Shown here one piece after another: positions 41,849 through 51,844 of a DNA stretch of 64,000 nucleotides. The DNA is taken from contig CAVTBU010000005.1 in assembly GCA_963733035.1 (NCBI GenBank), positions 2,080,001-2,144,000 of the forward strand. The letters run 5' to 3'. Both the position numbers and the translations under genes were made by a program. The first letter of the stretch is position 1. Each line of letters opens with the position of its first letter. This DNA is from Pirellulales bacterium. Its GTDB lineage: Bacteria > Planctomycetota > Planctomycetia > Pirellulales > PALSA-1355. Under the pieces are notes generated by a model. The model made no database searches and was not told the DNA's origin. It saw only the letters and a program-made list of their open reading frames with translations.

Positions 41849-43423
41849 ATGGAATTTAAGCCCGGCCACACCGTCGGTATCGATCTCGGCACGACTTTCT
41901 CGACGATGGCTCAGCTCGACAGCGAGGGCAATCCCGTGCCGATTGCCAATGAGGACGACGACGTCGAGACGCCCAGTCTGATTCTGTTGGCCGAGAGTGG
42001 ACACGTGGTTGTCGGCCCCAACCGCCAACGGGCGGCGATGGAAGATCCCGACCACGTCGTCGATCGCGTCAAGCGGCACATGGGCGAGGCGGATTTCAAA
42101 CGCACGTTTGACGGCCGCGAAATTACGCCCGAGTTTCTCTCGGCGTTGATTCTCAAAAAGCTTCGCCAGGACGGCGAAAAACGGATTGGCAAGATCGGCA
42201 ATGCGGTCATCACGGTACCCTATTACTTCAATGATGCCCGCCGTAAGGCCACCGAAGACGCGGGCCGCATTGCCGGCTTGAACGTGATCGACATCATCAA
42301 TGAACCCACCGCCGCCACGCTAACCTACGCCTGGACGCGAGGCGAACTCGGTGCCACCGGAGGCGAACAGAAGCCGCACCTGGCGCTTGTCTACGACCTG
42401 GGGGGCGGCACGTTCGATGTGACAGTTGTGCGCTATACGCCAAGCCATTTCCAGGTGCTGGCAACCGATGGCGACGTTCACCTCGGCGGCATTGACTGGA
42501 ACGACCGCATCGTCGACTTCGTCGCGGAGGAATTCAAAAGCAAGCACGGGCTCGATCCACGTGAGTCGCCGAGCACGTTACAGCTGCTGCGTCACGACGC
42601 CGATCAGGCCAAGATTGCGCTCTCAACCGCCCGAGCGGCGACCGTGCCGTGCCGACACGAAGGGAAAAGCAACAACGTTCAGATCTCGCGCGAACAGTTT
42701 GAGGACCTGACTGCCGATCTGATACAGCGCACCGCGGATACCGCGCTGTTGGTCATCGAACAGGCTGGCCTCCAACCCGAACAACTCGACGCGATCGTAC
42801 TGGTGGGCGGTTCGACTCTGATGCCGAAGGTTGTGCAAATGCTCAAAGATCTGACCGGCAAAGAGCCTTTCCAGGGACTGTCTCCGCACACGGCCGTGGC
42901 TCAGGGCGCAGCAATTCACGCGGCCATCCTGGAAGCAAAATTCCGTGGCGAATCGAGCGGCATGGCCGAGCGCATTCGCAAGCTGCTGGCCAACGTCAAG
43001 CAGGAGGATGTCAACTCGCACGGGCTTGGCGTTATGGCTCGTAATCCCAAAACCGGCAAGACAATCAACCACGTGATGATTCCGCGCAACAGCAAGCTGC
43101 CCATCGAAGTGCATCGCACCTTTGCCACCAGCGAACCCAACCAGCAGCGGGTCACGGTCAAGGTAATTGAAGGCGATGCGCCGGACCCGGCGGCTTGTTC
43201 GCTGGTGGGGAATTGCCGTATCACGGGGCTGCCGAAAGAACTGCCCAAGGGCTCGCCGATCGAAGTGACCTATGCTTTCGACGCCTCTGGCCGCGTGCGC
43301 GTACGAGCCAAGGACAAGACTGGCGGCAAGGAAGCCGAAATTGAAATCGAGCGCAAGGGCGGCCTCGACGCCAAGCAGCTGAATACGTTCACGGCCCTGG
43401 CCGACCAATACCAGGTCGACTAA
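41849..43423 (+). CDS. Hsp70 family protein (DnaK paralog without C-terminal lid)
   Basis: GIDLGTT, AVITVPYYF, IINEPTAA, YDLGGGTFD, LVGGST. Confidence 0.95.
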   Translation: MEFKPGHTVGIDLGTTFSTMAQLDSEGNPVPIANEDDDVETPSLILLAESGHVVVGPNRQRAAMEDPDHVVDRVKRHMGEADFKRTFDGREITPEFLSALILKKLRQDGEKRIGKIGNAVITVPYYFNDARRKATEDAGRIAGLNVIDIINEPTAATLTYAWTRGELGATGGEQKPHLALVYDLGGGTFDVTVVRYTPSHFQVLATDGDVHLGGIDWNDRIVDFVAEEFKSKHGLDPRESPSTLQLLRHDADQAKIALSTARAATVPCRHEGKSNNVQISREQFEDLTADLIQRTADTALLVIEQAGLQPEQLDAIVLVGGSTLMPKVVQMLKDLTGKEPFQGLSPHTAVAQGAAIHAAILEAKFRGESSGMAERIRKLLANVKQEDVNSHGLGVMARNPKTGKTINHVMIPRNSKLPIEVHRTFATSEPNQQRVTVKVIEGDAPDPAACSLVGNCRITGLPKELPKGSPIEVTYAFDASGRVRVRAKDKTGGKEAEIEIERKGGLDAKQLNTFTALADQYQVD

Positions 43424-43517
43424 AACAATATTCAATGGGATGCAGACCGGCGGGCGACCAAACGCCTCCGACTCCCCCTCATCGTTCATTGCTCACCCTT
43501 CATCCTTCCGGCATGTC

Positions 43518-44534
43518 ATGACCAAGACGCTCGACGTATATCGCGACTGGCTGAAGATCACCGAAACCGCCCGGCCGCTCAACCACTACCAGTTACTGCG
43601 TCTCAAGCAGTTCGAAGACAACACGGCCAAAGTCCGTGAGCACTATCGGGCCATGAACGCTCACGTCCGTAAATTCGCCGCGGGCGAGTATGCGAAGCAA
43701 TCGCAAGATTTACTGAACGAGTTGGCGAGGGCCATGCTCTGCCTTACCGACAAACAGCGCAAGGCCGAATACGATACGACGCTGGGCCGTAAGAGCGCGG
43801 AAGGCGGTGCCAAGGGGCGCTCCTTTGAGCAGATTCTGCTCGCCAGCAAAATCGTCGATCAAGCCATGCTCGACAAGGCCCGGAACTTTTCCAAGGCCGT
43901 CGGTGTGGACGTTCGCGATGCGCTCGTGCAGCAGAAACTGGCTCGCTACGACGAGGTATTGCCGGCCTACGCCGAATCCATCGGCCTGCCGTATTTGGAT
44001 CTGAAGGACGTGCCGCTAAACGCGCAATTGATCGCCAGCGTGCCGCCGATGATTGCCCGGCAACATTCCTGCGTGCCAGTGTTAATCGACAACAACGAAT
44101 TGCTGATGGCCTCGCCAAACCCATTGGACCCCAACGTCGAAGAGGAATTACGGCTGAGGTTCAGCATGCCCGTGCGCACGGTGCTCTGTACGCCGCGCAA
44201 CGTAAACGACGTGATTGCGAAGTACGTGCCAAAGGACGCCCAAGCGGTCCCGCCCCCCGCGGCGGCAACGGCAACGGCTGCCGCGCCGACGGGAAACGCG
44301 CCGGCCGCCGAGGCTCCTGCTCCAGTTGCTGCCGCCAAACCGACCGGCCCCATGACCGAGGACGAAAAGAAAGAGCGCCAACAGTGGGCGCTTGTCGCAC
44401 TCTTTGGCACGGGCATGGTGCTGACAAATGTCTTGATGTGGGTGGTCGGAATGGGCGGCGTTGTGTCCGTGCTACTGGCCGTCTCCGTCGGCGCTGTCGC
44501 TGGCGGTATCGTTTGGAAAATGAAGTCGCGCTAG
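43518..44534 (+). CDS. membrane protein with J-domain-like N-terminus and GspE-N/MshEN-like domain
   Basis: NHYQLLRL...LTDKQRKAEYD; IGLPYLDL...ARQHSCVPV...LLMASPNPLD; two C-terminal TM helices. Confidence 0.8.
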   Translation: MTKTLDVYRDWLKITETARPLNHYQLLRLKQFEDNTAKVREHYRAMNAHVRKFAAGEYAKQSQDLLNELARAMLCLTDKQRKAEYDTTLGRKSAEGGAKGRSFEQILLASKIVDQAMLDKARNFSKAVGVDVRDALVQQKLARYDEVLPAYAESIGLPYLDLKDVPLNAQLIASVPPMIARQHSCVPVLIDNNELLMASPNPLDPNVEEELRLRFSMPVRTVLCTPRNVNDVIAKYVPKDAQAVPPPAAATATAAAPTGNAPAAEAPAPVAAAKPTGPMTEDEKKERQQWALVALFGTGMVLTNVLMWVVGMGGVVSVLLAVSVGAVAGGIVWKMKSR

Positions 44535-44554
44535 ACAATGAAGTCGCGCTAGAC
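44519..44554 (+). repeat. 18-bp perfect tandem duplication
   Basis: AATGAAGTCGCGCTAGAC twice, spanning the stop codon. Confidence 0.9.
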
Positions 44555-44639
44555 GGTGCCCGGTATCACCTGCGCATGTTCGTTGGATGAACCGGTGGAG
44601 ATCATACCAGGGTTTTGCCGCCCGAATTTGCTGCGTCGC

Positions 44640-45008
44640 TCAACCCAGCACGGATGCAAGTTTCTGGCGCGTCGCCTCGGAGCGCAATTCTGCCTTGCCA
44701 AAGCCAAGCGCGGCGCCGGCAGCCACCGCTTGGGCCTGATACTCCGGATAGTTGCTCACCAACATCACCGCAACGCTTGTCAGTTCCGGATCGGCCTTGA
44801 TCCGGCGGATGATCTCCAGCCCGTCGCTGTAGTCGGCGTCGAGCTTTCGGTTCACCAGTACCAGATCGAATCGGCTTTGCCGCAACAATTCAAGCGTGTC
44901 GGTCAAGTGATGCGCCTGCGACACCTCCGCACCGAGTTCACCCTCGAGGAGATGCTTGATCGCCCAATGATCCGGCCCGCACTGGCCGACGTCGAGTACA
45001 CGTTTCAT
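44640..45008 (-). CDS. atypical single-domain response regulator receiver
   Basis: KRVLDV, FDLVLVN, DGLEIIRRIKADPEL, VMLVS, FGK. Confidence 0.85.
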   Translation of the reverse strand: MKRVLDVGQCGPDHWAIKHLLEGELGAEVSQAHHLTDTLELLRQSRFDLVLVNRKLDADYSDGLEIIRRIKADPELTSVAVMLVSNYPEYQAQAVAAGAALGFGKAELRSEATRQKLASVLG

Positions 45009-45151
45009 GAAAAATCCCCGCGAGATGATTCCGCGGGGAATCCGTGGTTGTCGTCCTTTGATGCGCAAAGTCCCAGGGAGCGCCCTCGGGTCTTTGCAAA
45101 TGGCGTACCTTTTGGCCGGGAGACCTGCGGCGCTCCGTGGCGGTCAAGATG

Positions 45152-47188
45152 CTACGGACTGTCGTTCTCGGCACTTGCATCTTCGTCTTCGCTGGCGATG
45201 GCGAAAATGTGGTCCTTGTTGGCGATGAACAACGTGTTGTTGGCCACCACCGGTGTGCTGTAGACCGAATTCTCCATCGAGTTTTCGGCCAACAGTTCCA
45301 TCTTCTTGGAGAGCTTGAACACGCAGATGTCGCCATCCTCGTCGCCGACGTAAACCTTGCCCTCGACAATCATGGGAGAACCCCAGGCGGCAGCGAGCAT
45401 GTCGTACGTCCAATAGGGCACGCCTGTCTTGGCGTCCAGGCAATGGAATAGCCCGCTAAAATCGGCCACGTACAGCAGATCGTCCTTGATGGCCGCGGTA
45501 CCGCAGGTACGGTGCATGGTTTCCTCGAACTCGACCTTGTCGTTGCCGTTCGAATCGTAGCTGGCATAATGCCACACGGCGGCGGAATTCGGATTCGGGC
45601 GTGCCACGTCGCCATCCTCCGCCACGACGGCTTGCATCCGCTTGGGCGGAATTGGCTTGGTCAGGTCCTTTACGTTGAATGCCAACTGGGGACTCACGTC
45701 ACCCCGCTTGGTCGGATCGATACACCAAAAGTGCCCGACGCCCTCACCATGTTCCGGGTCCTCGCCCACGCCGATATAGACCAGCCCGTTGTAAACCACC
45801 GGAGTTCCGATGATGTGATTACGATCAGCGCGTCCGCCGAGCACGTACTTTGATTCCTTGGGGTTGGCATCGAACCGCCACAACATCACGGCCTTGCCCT
45901 GAGCGGCGCTCTGGTCTGCATCGAAACTGTAGACCCAACCGTCGCCCGCACCGAAGATCACCTGGTTCACACCACCCAGGTTGGCATAGGCCGGCGACGA
46001 CCATTGGCCGTGCAAAACGTTCTCGCCAGGTGTGTTGTCGGACCACAGCACCTTGCCCGTATTCTTATCGAGCGCCACGAAGCTGGGAGCCGCCGGGGCC
46101 GGCAGATTGACGTGCCCTTCGTCGACGCCGTTCGACGTGTTGACGAACAGCGTGTCGCCCGCGGCTGTCACTGAGCAACTGCACATGTTGTGCTGCGAGA
46201 CGCCCAAGTCCAACATCATATTCAGCCGCCAAATCACGTCGGCTTCGTCTTTGTCGTCGATGTTGAGCACCTTGTAGGCCACCAGCCGCGGTCCCTCGAC
46301 ACGAACGTTGACCTCGCGAGGCGCTCCTCCCGCAGGCGTGAACGTGATCTTAAAGGCCTTTCCGTCGGCGGCCACTTTGGCGTCGCTGGGCAGGACCAGA
46401 CCAGCAGCTTCAGACGCGCTCGCCAGATCGGACGAGATCTTTCCGGCCGCCAGGTCCTTCAAAATACCCGCCACTTTATCGGCAGCAGGGTCTTCGGCGC
46501 GGGCTATCTCCAACAGCCGCACGGGCTCATTCGTGACCGGACCATCATCTTCGCCATCGTAGAAGCCCTGCGTATCGAGGCACAGCACTTCGCCACGATT
46601 GCTCACGTACCAGAGTCGCTCGCCCTCGACCAGCGACGAGGCACAAACGCCCTGCAGCGGCCAGTCGTGTACGCGGCCCGTGGGAAGTTTTTCGTTGGAA
46701 TGCTGCCAGAGAAATTTCCCGCTCTTTTCGTCGAAGCAAAGCAATACACCCAAATCAACCGTCGCCGGATAGCGCTTCAGGTAGCCGGCCCCGTTATTGC
46801 TGCCCACGTATACATGGCCATTGGCAACCACCGGATTGCCGTACGACTGCGAACCGAGCGAGGCGGCCCATTTCACGTTCTCGGATTCGTCTTTGTTCCA
46901 CTCGCCCGTCTTCAGGTCGAATGAGCCGATCGTCCATTCGACCGGAATGTTCTTTCCGTCGGGCGAATTGTTGCGTTTGCTCGAGCCGCCCCATTGGCCC
47001 CAGTCGTGCGGGCCAATACCCTGGGGAGGGTTATCGGCCGCGGGCGTCGCTGGCTTGCTGGGAGCCGCCTTGGCCACGACGGCCACTTTTGTGAGACGCG
47101 GCGCGTCCGCATCCGAGGGCGCGACGGTCAATAGCAAGAGCGCCCCGCTTAACAAAGCAACACACAAAGCTGGGAATGCCATTTTCAT
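45152..47188 (-). CDS. PQQ-like (BamB-type) beta-propeller secreted protein
   Basis: DWGQWGG, SYGNPVV, LDKNTGKVLW, WSSP, WGSP repeats. Confidence 0.9.
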   Translation of the reverse strand: MKMAFPALCVALLSGALLLLTVAPSDADAPRLTKVAVVAKAAPSKPATPAADNPPQGIGPHDWGQWGGSSKRNNSPDGKNIPVEWTIGSFDLKTGEWNKDESENVKWAASLGSQSYGNPVVANGHVYVGSNNGAGYLKRYPATVDLGVLLCFDEKSGKFLWQHSNEKLPTGRVHDWPLQGVCASSLVEGERLWYVSNRGEVLCLDTQGFYDGEDDGPVTNEPVRLLEIARAEDPAADKVAGILKDLAAGKISSDLASASEAAGLVLPSDAKVAADGKAFKITFTPAGGAPREVNVRVEGPRLVAYKVLNIDDKDEADVIWRLNMMLDLGVSQHNMCSCSVTAAGDTLFVNTSNGVDEGHVNLPAPAAPSFVALDKNTGKVLWSDNTPGENVLHGQWSSPAYANLGGVNQVIFGAGDGWVYSFDADQSAAQGKAVMLWRFDANPKESKYVLGGRADRNHIIGTPVVYNGLVYIGVGEDPEHGEGVGHFWCIDPTKRGDVSPQLAFNVKDLTKPIPPKRMQAVVAEDGDVARPNPNSAAVWHYASYDSNGNDKVEFEETMHRTCGTAAIKDDLLYVADFSGLFHCLDAKTGVPYWTYDMLAAAWGSPMIVEGKVYVGDEDGDICVFKLSKKMELLAENSMENSVYSTPVVANNTLFIANKDHIFAIASEDEDASAENDSP

Positions 47189-47314
47189 GCCGTTGGTCTC
47201 TCCGACGTATGGAGTTTTCATCCGTGGCGAAATGCAAAGGCATTCCACCGTTCGCTGTGGGTGACTAGCATTTGCATGCAATCGCCCGAAACGAATCTGC
47301 CAGATTCGGGATGG

Positions 47315-49561
47315 TTACTCGGGTTTGTTTTCAGTTACGGAAATGTTGTCGACGAAGATCTCGGCCGTCTGAGCGTTGCCGAATAGTCCTGGGCTGCCCA
47401 CAAGGTTAGGAGCCTCGTCAACGGCTTCAATTGTCCACTGCTTGGGCTCCGGTTCACCGCGCTTCCAGACCTTGCCTTTGAGCACGGCTTTTCCGCCGGA
47501 GGACTCGGCACGGAGTTTCATCGTGTACCACGTATTTCCGTCCCACTTGAAGGGTACGGATTTCGAGAATCGATCGAGTTGCGAGGTCCACGATCGTATC
47601 TGAATCTGCTGGTGGTCGCCCATCAGGTCCATCGTGTAGCGCTGGGCAATCAAGCCGGTGTCCGGCAACTTGCCGTTGGTCGGCACCCCCAACACATCGG
47701 CCTGAATCGTGTAGTCGTGATGCTGATTCTGCCCCATGATCGCCTGACTGCGGGTGCCCTTGGGAATCGTCGTGACCTTGACCATTACGGGATTTCCATC
47801 GACGTCGCGGACAATATTGCGGTAGCGGGCGCCGACCCAGGTGACCGGCACCTCTCCGCTGGCAAAGTCAAACTTCCAGGGGAAATCAGGGACGACGCGA
47901 ACCCGCGATTGTCCCCGGGCCTCGCCAACTTTAGCTGTAACAATCGTGGCCTTGTGTCCGGCGTCGCTGGCAGCCGTGAAGGTGCCGCCGGGCGTCACTT
48001 CTCCAGGACCGACAAGGGTGAAGTCCGCCTTGTCGGCGTCACGTAGAAATTGACCACGCGCGTTGAACAGTTTGATCGCGAACGTCTGCTTGTCGCCCGG
48101 CTTAAGCAGCGCTTCGGCCGGAATCAATTGCACCTGGGCAACTTCGTCCTCCTGGTTGACGGGCGTTTCCCGCGGTGGGGCCGGCCGCTCGGTGGCGTGC
48201 GGCGTGGCGTTCGGCTTGCCGAGGCAATACAGTCGCGACGTGGTCGGCAGGTAGATGCGGCCATGCGAGACGATCGGCGAACCAGCCACTTCGTCTTCGG
48301 CGTCGAGCCGCATTCGATTGATGAGTTTCGCGCCGCTCTTGGTCGGTTCCAAAACGTGCCAGGCGCTTGTCGTGCACGCGTAAATCTTGCCGTCGGCATA
48401 CAGCGGGCTGGATCGCATGATGGTTCCCACCAGCTTGATCGGCCGCTTGGTCACTGCCTCCCCGGTTTGAGCGTCGAGAATGTGGAGCTTGCCGCCGTCG
48501 TCAAACGCATACAACCGGCCGTCGAGCACCAGCGGCGAACTCTTGCCGATCATCCCGGGCGCCCGCCACACTTGACCCGACTTGCTGATGTCACCCGAAC
48601 CCGCGCCGTCAATGCAGACAATCGATCCCATGGACGCCGCGTTGCCGGCATTTTCTTCGGCTTGTGAGGTGTACACCCGGTTGTCGACGACCACCGGCGA
48701 AATGTTCAGACCGCGGAGCGAGAAGTCGAACGTCCAAATCTCTTTGCCAGTGCGCGGTTGCCAGGCGTGCACTCCGCCGTCGCCCGATCCAAACACGATC
48801 GCCGCCTGGCCATCGAGTACGCATACGGCGGGCGTGCTGTAAGTGGTATCTTCCGGCAGCGGACGCGTGCCGTTGATCCACACGAGCGTGCCGTCTTTCT
48901 TGTCGAACGCCAACAGGCGATGCGTGGGCCGCGCGGTGTCGCCCCAGCCAATGATGACCCCGCCGACAATCACCAGGTCTTCAAAAACGATCGGTGTGGT
49001 GAGGCGTCCGCCGTAGGTCGTGAGGATGCCGTACTCTTCATTGAGCGAGCAGTCCCACAGCGTCTTGCCGGATTCTCCGTCGAGACATTTGAGGAAACCG
49101 CAGGCACCGATCGCATAGACGTTGCCCGTCGTCGGGTCGCCCGCGCAGTTGGCCCAACCGATGCGCTCGGCCGGTACATCGCTCAAGAAAACGTTGTCGC
49201 GGCTCTCCCAGATCTTCTTGCCGGTGGCCGCGTCAACGCAAACGACCTTTTCACAATCTCTTGGCGTGCCGGCGTCGCTGCGAACAATCGTGTACAACTT
49301 GCCGTTCATCACGATCGGCGTCGAAATGCCCGCTAGCTCTTCGCTTCGCCACAAAACATTGCCTTCCGTTCCTTGGGCATTCGGATCCCACTCGTCGATC
49401 AGCCCGGTCTCGCGCGAGATGCCGTTGCCTTCGGGACCACGCCATTGCGGCCAATCGAGCGGATCCGCTGCGGCGCCCATGGCCGCGGACATCCGCCCGC
49501 CGCAGGCAACCAATATGATGACAAGTCCAACTAGTAGCGCGAGGGCACCGTGTCGTTTCAT
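47315..49561 (-). CDS. PQQ-like beta-propeller secreted protein with C-terminal beta-sandwich domains
   Basis: DWPQWRGPEGNG, VDAATGKKIW, YSTP, SSPL repeats. Confidence 0.9.
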   Translation of the reverse strand: MKRHGALALLVGLVIILVACGGRMSAAMGAAADPLDWPQWRGPEGNGISRETGLIDEWDPNAQGTEGNVLWRSEELAGISTPIVMNGKLYTIVRSDAGTPRDCEKVVCVDAATGKKIWESRDNVFLSDVPAERIGWANCAGDPTTGNVYAIGACGFLKCLDGESGKTLWDCSLNEEYGILTTYGGRLTTPIVFEDLVIVGGVIIGWGDTARPTHRLLAFDKKDGTLVWINGTRPLPEDTTYSTPAVCVLDGQAAIVFGSGDGGVHAWQPRTGKEIWTFDFSLRGLNISPVVVDNRVYTSQAEENAGNAASMGSIVCIDGAGSGDISKSGQVWRAPGMIGKSSPLVLDGRLYAFDDGGKLHILDAQTGEAVTKRPIKLVGTIMRSSPLYADGKIYACTTSAWHVLEPTKSGAKLINRMRLDAEDEVAGSPIVSHGRIYLPTTSRLYCLGKPNATPHATERPAPPRETPVNQEDEVAQVQLIPAEALLKPGDKQTFAIKLFNARGQFLRDADKADFTLVGPGEVTPGGTFTAASDAGHKATIVTAKVGEARGQSRVRVVPDFPWKFDFASGEVPVTWVGARYRNIVRDVDGNPVMVKVTTIPKGTRSQAIMGQNQHHDYTIQADVLGVPTNGKLPDTGLIAQRYTMDLMGDHQQIQIRSWTSQLDRFSKSVPFKWDGNTWYTMKLRAESSGGKAVLKGKVWKRGEPEPKQWTIEAVDEAPNLVGSPGLFGNAQTAEIFVDNISVTENKPE

Positions 49562-49817
49562 GTTGTGCTCGGGAAAGGAATGTCGCCTGGGCAAGCGATT
49601 CGGGTGGGAACGATTAGATCGGTCTAGTTTAGGATACGATGGCCCCAGCCGGGCGGCAAGTCGCGGAAAAACCGGGATTTCCGAGTCTTGAAACGCTGCC
49701 TCGCCGGGGGCCTGACAAAACAGCAAGGTCTCCGTTCCGCTCGGTGTTTCTCGGTTTGGGCAAAACCAAACTGCGCTCGGGTGAATCCATGAAATACGTG
49801 GATCGGTTGCGTCGGGT

Positions 49818-50186
49818 TCAATCGAACCACTCGTCGGCTGGGTCGAACTTCGGCTGCACAATCACCAGCACACGCATCGATCCCCTTGCGCGGTGTCGCA
49901 CGCCGGGTGGAATCAGGATGCACATCCCGCCTGTGATCGGCACCTGCTGGCCGTCGAGTTCCATGTGCGCGTCCGGCCCACACTCCAATATGTAGTAAAT
50001 CTCCGTCAGCCGTTTGTGGTAGTGCACTCGGGCATCGGCCGAAATGTCAGTGCGATGCACGGTGCCGGGGTAGTCGACCACGTCGGCAAATGCCCGCCTC
50101 GCCTGACCGCAAGGGCACAAGACTGGCGGGATGTCGTCAAAGTCGACGATTTGGGCGCGGCGTGGGGCTAGAGACCGTTGCGTCAT
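49818..50186 (-). CDS. cupin domain protein
   Basis: HYHKRLTEIYYILE, IPPGVRHRA; N-terminal CPCG. Confidence 0.9.
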   Translation of the reverse strand: MTQRSLAPRRAQIVDFDDIPPVLCPCGQARRAFADVVDYPGTVHRTDISADARVHYHKRLTEIYYILECGPDAHMELDGQQVPITGGMCILIPPGVRHRARGSMRVLVIVQPKFDPADEWFD

Positions 50187-50834
50187 GGAGCGAGAACGCC
50201 TGGCGGGGTGGTCTGCGCGGAGGCAATTTTGACGGTTGCGAGTAACGACGGCGAAAAGCGTGTTGGTCGACGCTCGACCAGTCCACATGCAGTTCGGCAA
50301 ATGGTTACGCCGCGAAGTTTCCGCAATCGTTTCATTCACCATACCACAGCTCGCTGGCAGGGGCCAACCGGCCGCCAGCGGCATCCTGCAATCGTCAAGG
50401 TTTGACTGCCTTACGCGCGCGGAAATGTCTACGCAATAGTCGTTGTAAACCACTGTCTGAAAAATACTTCTGGTTACTCAAGCGCCGTTTGCCAGCGAGC
50501 CGATACGGTAGTTGTTACCTGCCGAGGATCGCGTGCCGGAAAAGGCACGTACAAAGGGCGCGTCAGGAAAACCGGATCGGACTTTTCGAGTCAAGGATTG
50601 GCTCGACCGGTCCTGGCGCAATAAACCGTGTGAACTGCTGGTTCCGACCCCACCTAAAACCCTGCCTGACACGATCACCCCAACCGCCCCGCCGAAGGCT
50701 CTCCCTCCTCGAAGCGCCTCGGCTAGGCAGTCGTCCCGCAAGCCCGCGGCAATCCGCCACGGATCGGCGGGGCGTGCAGTGCCAGTCCCCAGGGTGCACG
50801 CTATCCGCAGTTCAAGTAAAGGAGACGTTGCTCG

Positions 50835-51683
50835 ATGAAATGGAACATGGTCTTTGGTGCGCTAGTAGTCAGCGTAGGCCTGTGCAGCCAGAGCTTCGGT
50901 TTCGAGCTCTTGGATCGCATGTTGGGCCTGAACGACTGCGGCTGCAACACCTGTTGCACGTCCTGCGAACCCGCGTGTGGTTGTGACAAGGGTTGCGAAC
51001 CCTCGTGCTGTGCGGCGGCCTGTGAGCCGTCCTGCTGTGCCGCGGCGGCCCCCAGCTGCGGTTGTGCCGCGGCCTGTGAGCCGGCCTGTGGATGCCCGTC
51101 GGCTTGCGACACGTGCTGCGCTAACAAGTGCTGCCACAAGAAGCGTTGCTGCCGTGGCTTGTTCGCTGGTTTGCACGATCACATCTTCGGATGCTGCCAC
51201 AAGAGCTGCTGCAACAGCGGTTGCAACAGCTGTGGCGGTTGTGCGGCTGCTTGCGAACCGGCTTGTGCGGCTCCGGCTGCCTGCGGTTGTGCGGCTGCCT
51301 GCGAACCGGCTTGTGCGGCTCCGGCTGCCTGTGGTTGTGCGGCTGCCTGTGAACCGGCCTGTGGTTGTGCCCCGGCCTGTGGCTCGTGCTGCAAGAAGCA
51401 CTGCCACCACTGTGGTCTGCTCGGCCTCTTCCACTGCCACCGCAAGTGCTGCAAGTCGTCCTGCTGCAACAGCTGTGGCGGATGTGCGGCTGCCTGCGAG
51501 CCGGCTTGTGGTTGCCCGAGCGGTTGTGCGGTTGGCTGTGGCGCCGCCCCCATGGGTGACGCTTCGGCTCCCGCCGACGACGCCGCTCCGATGCCGCCGG
51601 CCCCGACTGCCGACCCCTCGGCTTCGGTGCCCAGCAAGCGTCGCGTGGTTGCCGCTAGCAGCAAGGTCGTTCGCCGCAACTAA
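50835..51683 (+). CDS. secreted cysteine-rich repeat protein
   Basis: AAAGGAG SD, signal peptide, about 60 Cys, CEP[AS]C repeats, terminator directly downstream. Confidence 0.88.
   Translation: MKWNMVFGALVVSVGLCSQSFGFELLDRMLGLNDCGCNTCCTSCEPACGCDKGCEPSCCAAACEPSCCAAAAPSCGCAAACEPACGCPSACDTCCANKCCHKKRCCRGLFAGLHDHIFGCCHKSCCNSGCNSCGGCAAACEPACAAPAACGCAAACEPACAAPAACGCAAACEPACGCAPACGSCCKKHCHHCGLLGLFHCHRKCCKSSCCNSCGGCAAACEPACGCPSGCAVGCGAAPMGDASAPADDAAPMPPAPTADPSASVPSKRRVVAASSKVVRRN
51240..51365 (+). repeat. 48-bp coding tandem repeat (CAAACEPACAAPAACG, two full copies plus a partial)
   Basis: Near-identical nucleotide units within the Cys-rich gene. Confidence 0.85.
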
Positions 51684-51709
51684 GCGTCTGCGACAATCTG
51701 TGTGAAACG

Positions 51710-51747
51710 AAACCTGCCCGGGACGAAAGTTCCGGGCAGGTTTTTTT
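51710..51747 (+). terminator. Rho-independent terminator
   Basis: AAACCTGCCCGGGAC-GAAA-GTTCCGGGCAGG followed by T7. Confidence 0.9.
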
Positions 51748-51844
51748 GTTTTCCAACCGAGCCTTGCGATCAGCGAATCGTTGACGACTTCTTGCCACCT
51801 CTGCGTGGAACCGGTTTGGTTGCCCGGAAAGATTTTTAGACAAA

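Noticed and set aside
50460..50834. Riboswitch in the long leader of the Cys-rich gene
   Set aside because: Some GC-rich stems are possible, but I could not identify a recognisable aptamer consensus or expression platform
50950..51520. CRISPR-like repeat array
   Set aside because: The repeats are in-frame coding units with synonymous variation, have no unique spacers, and there are no cas genes
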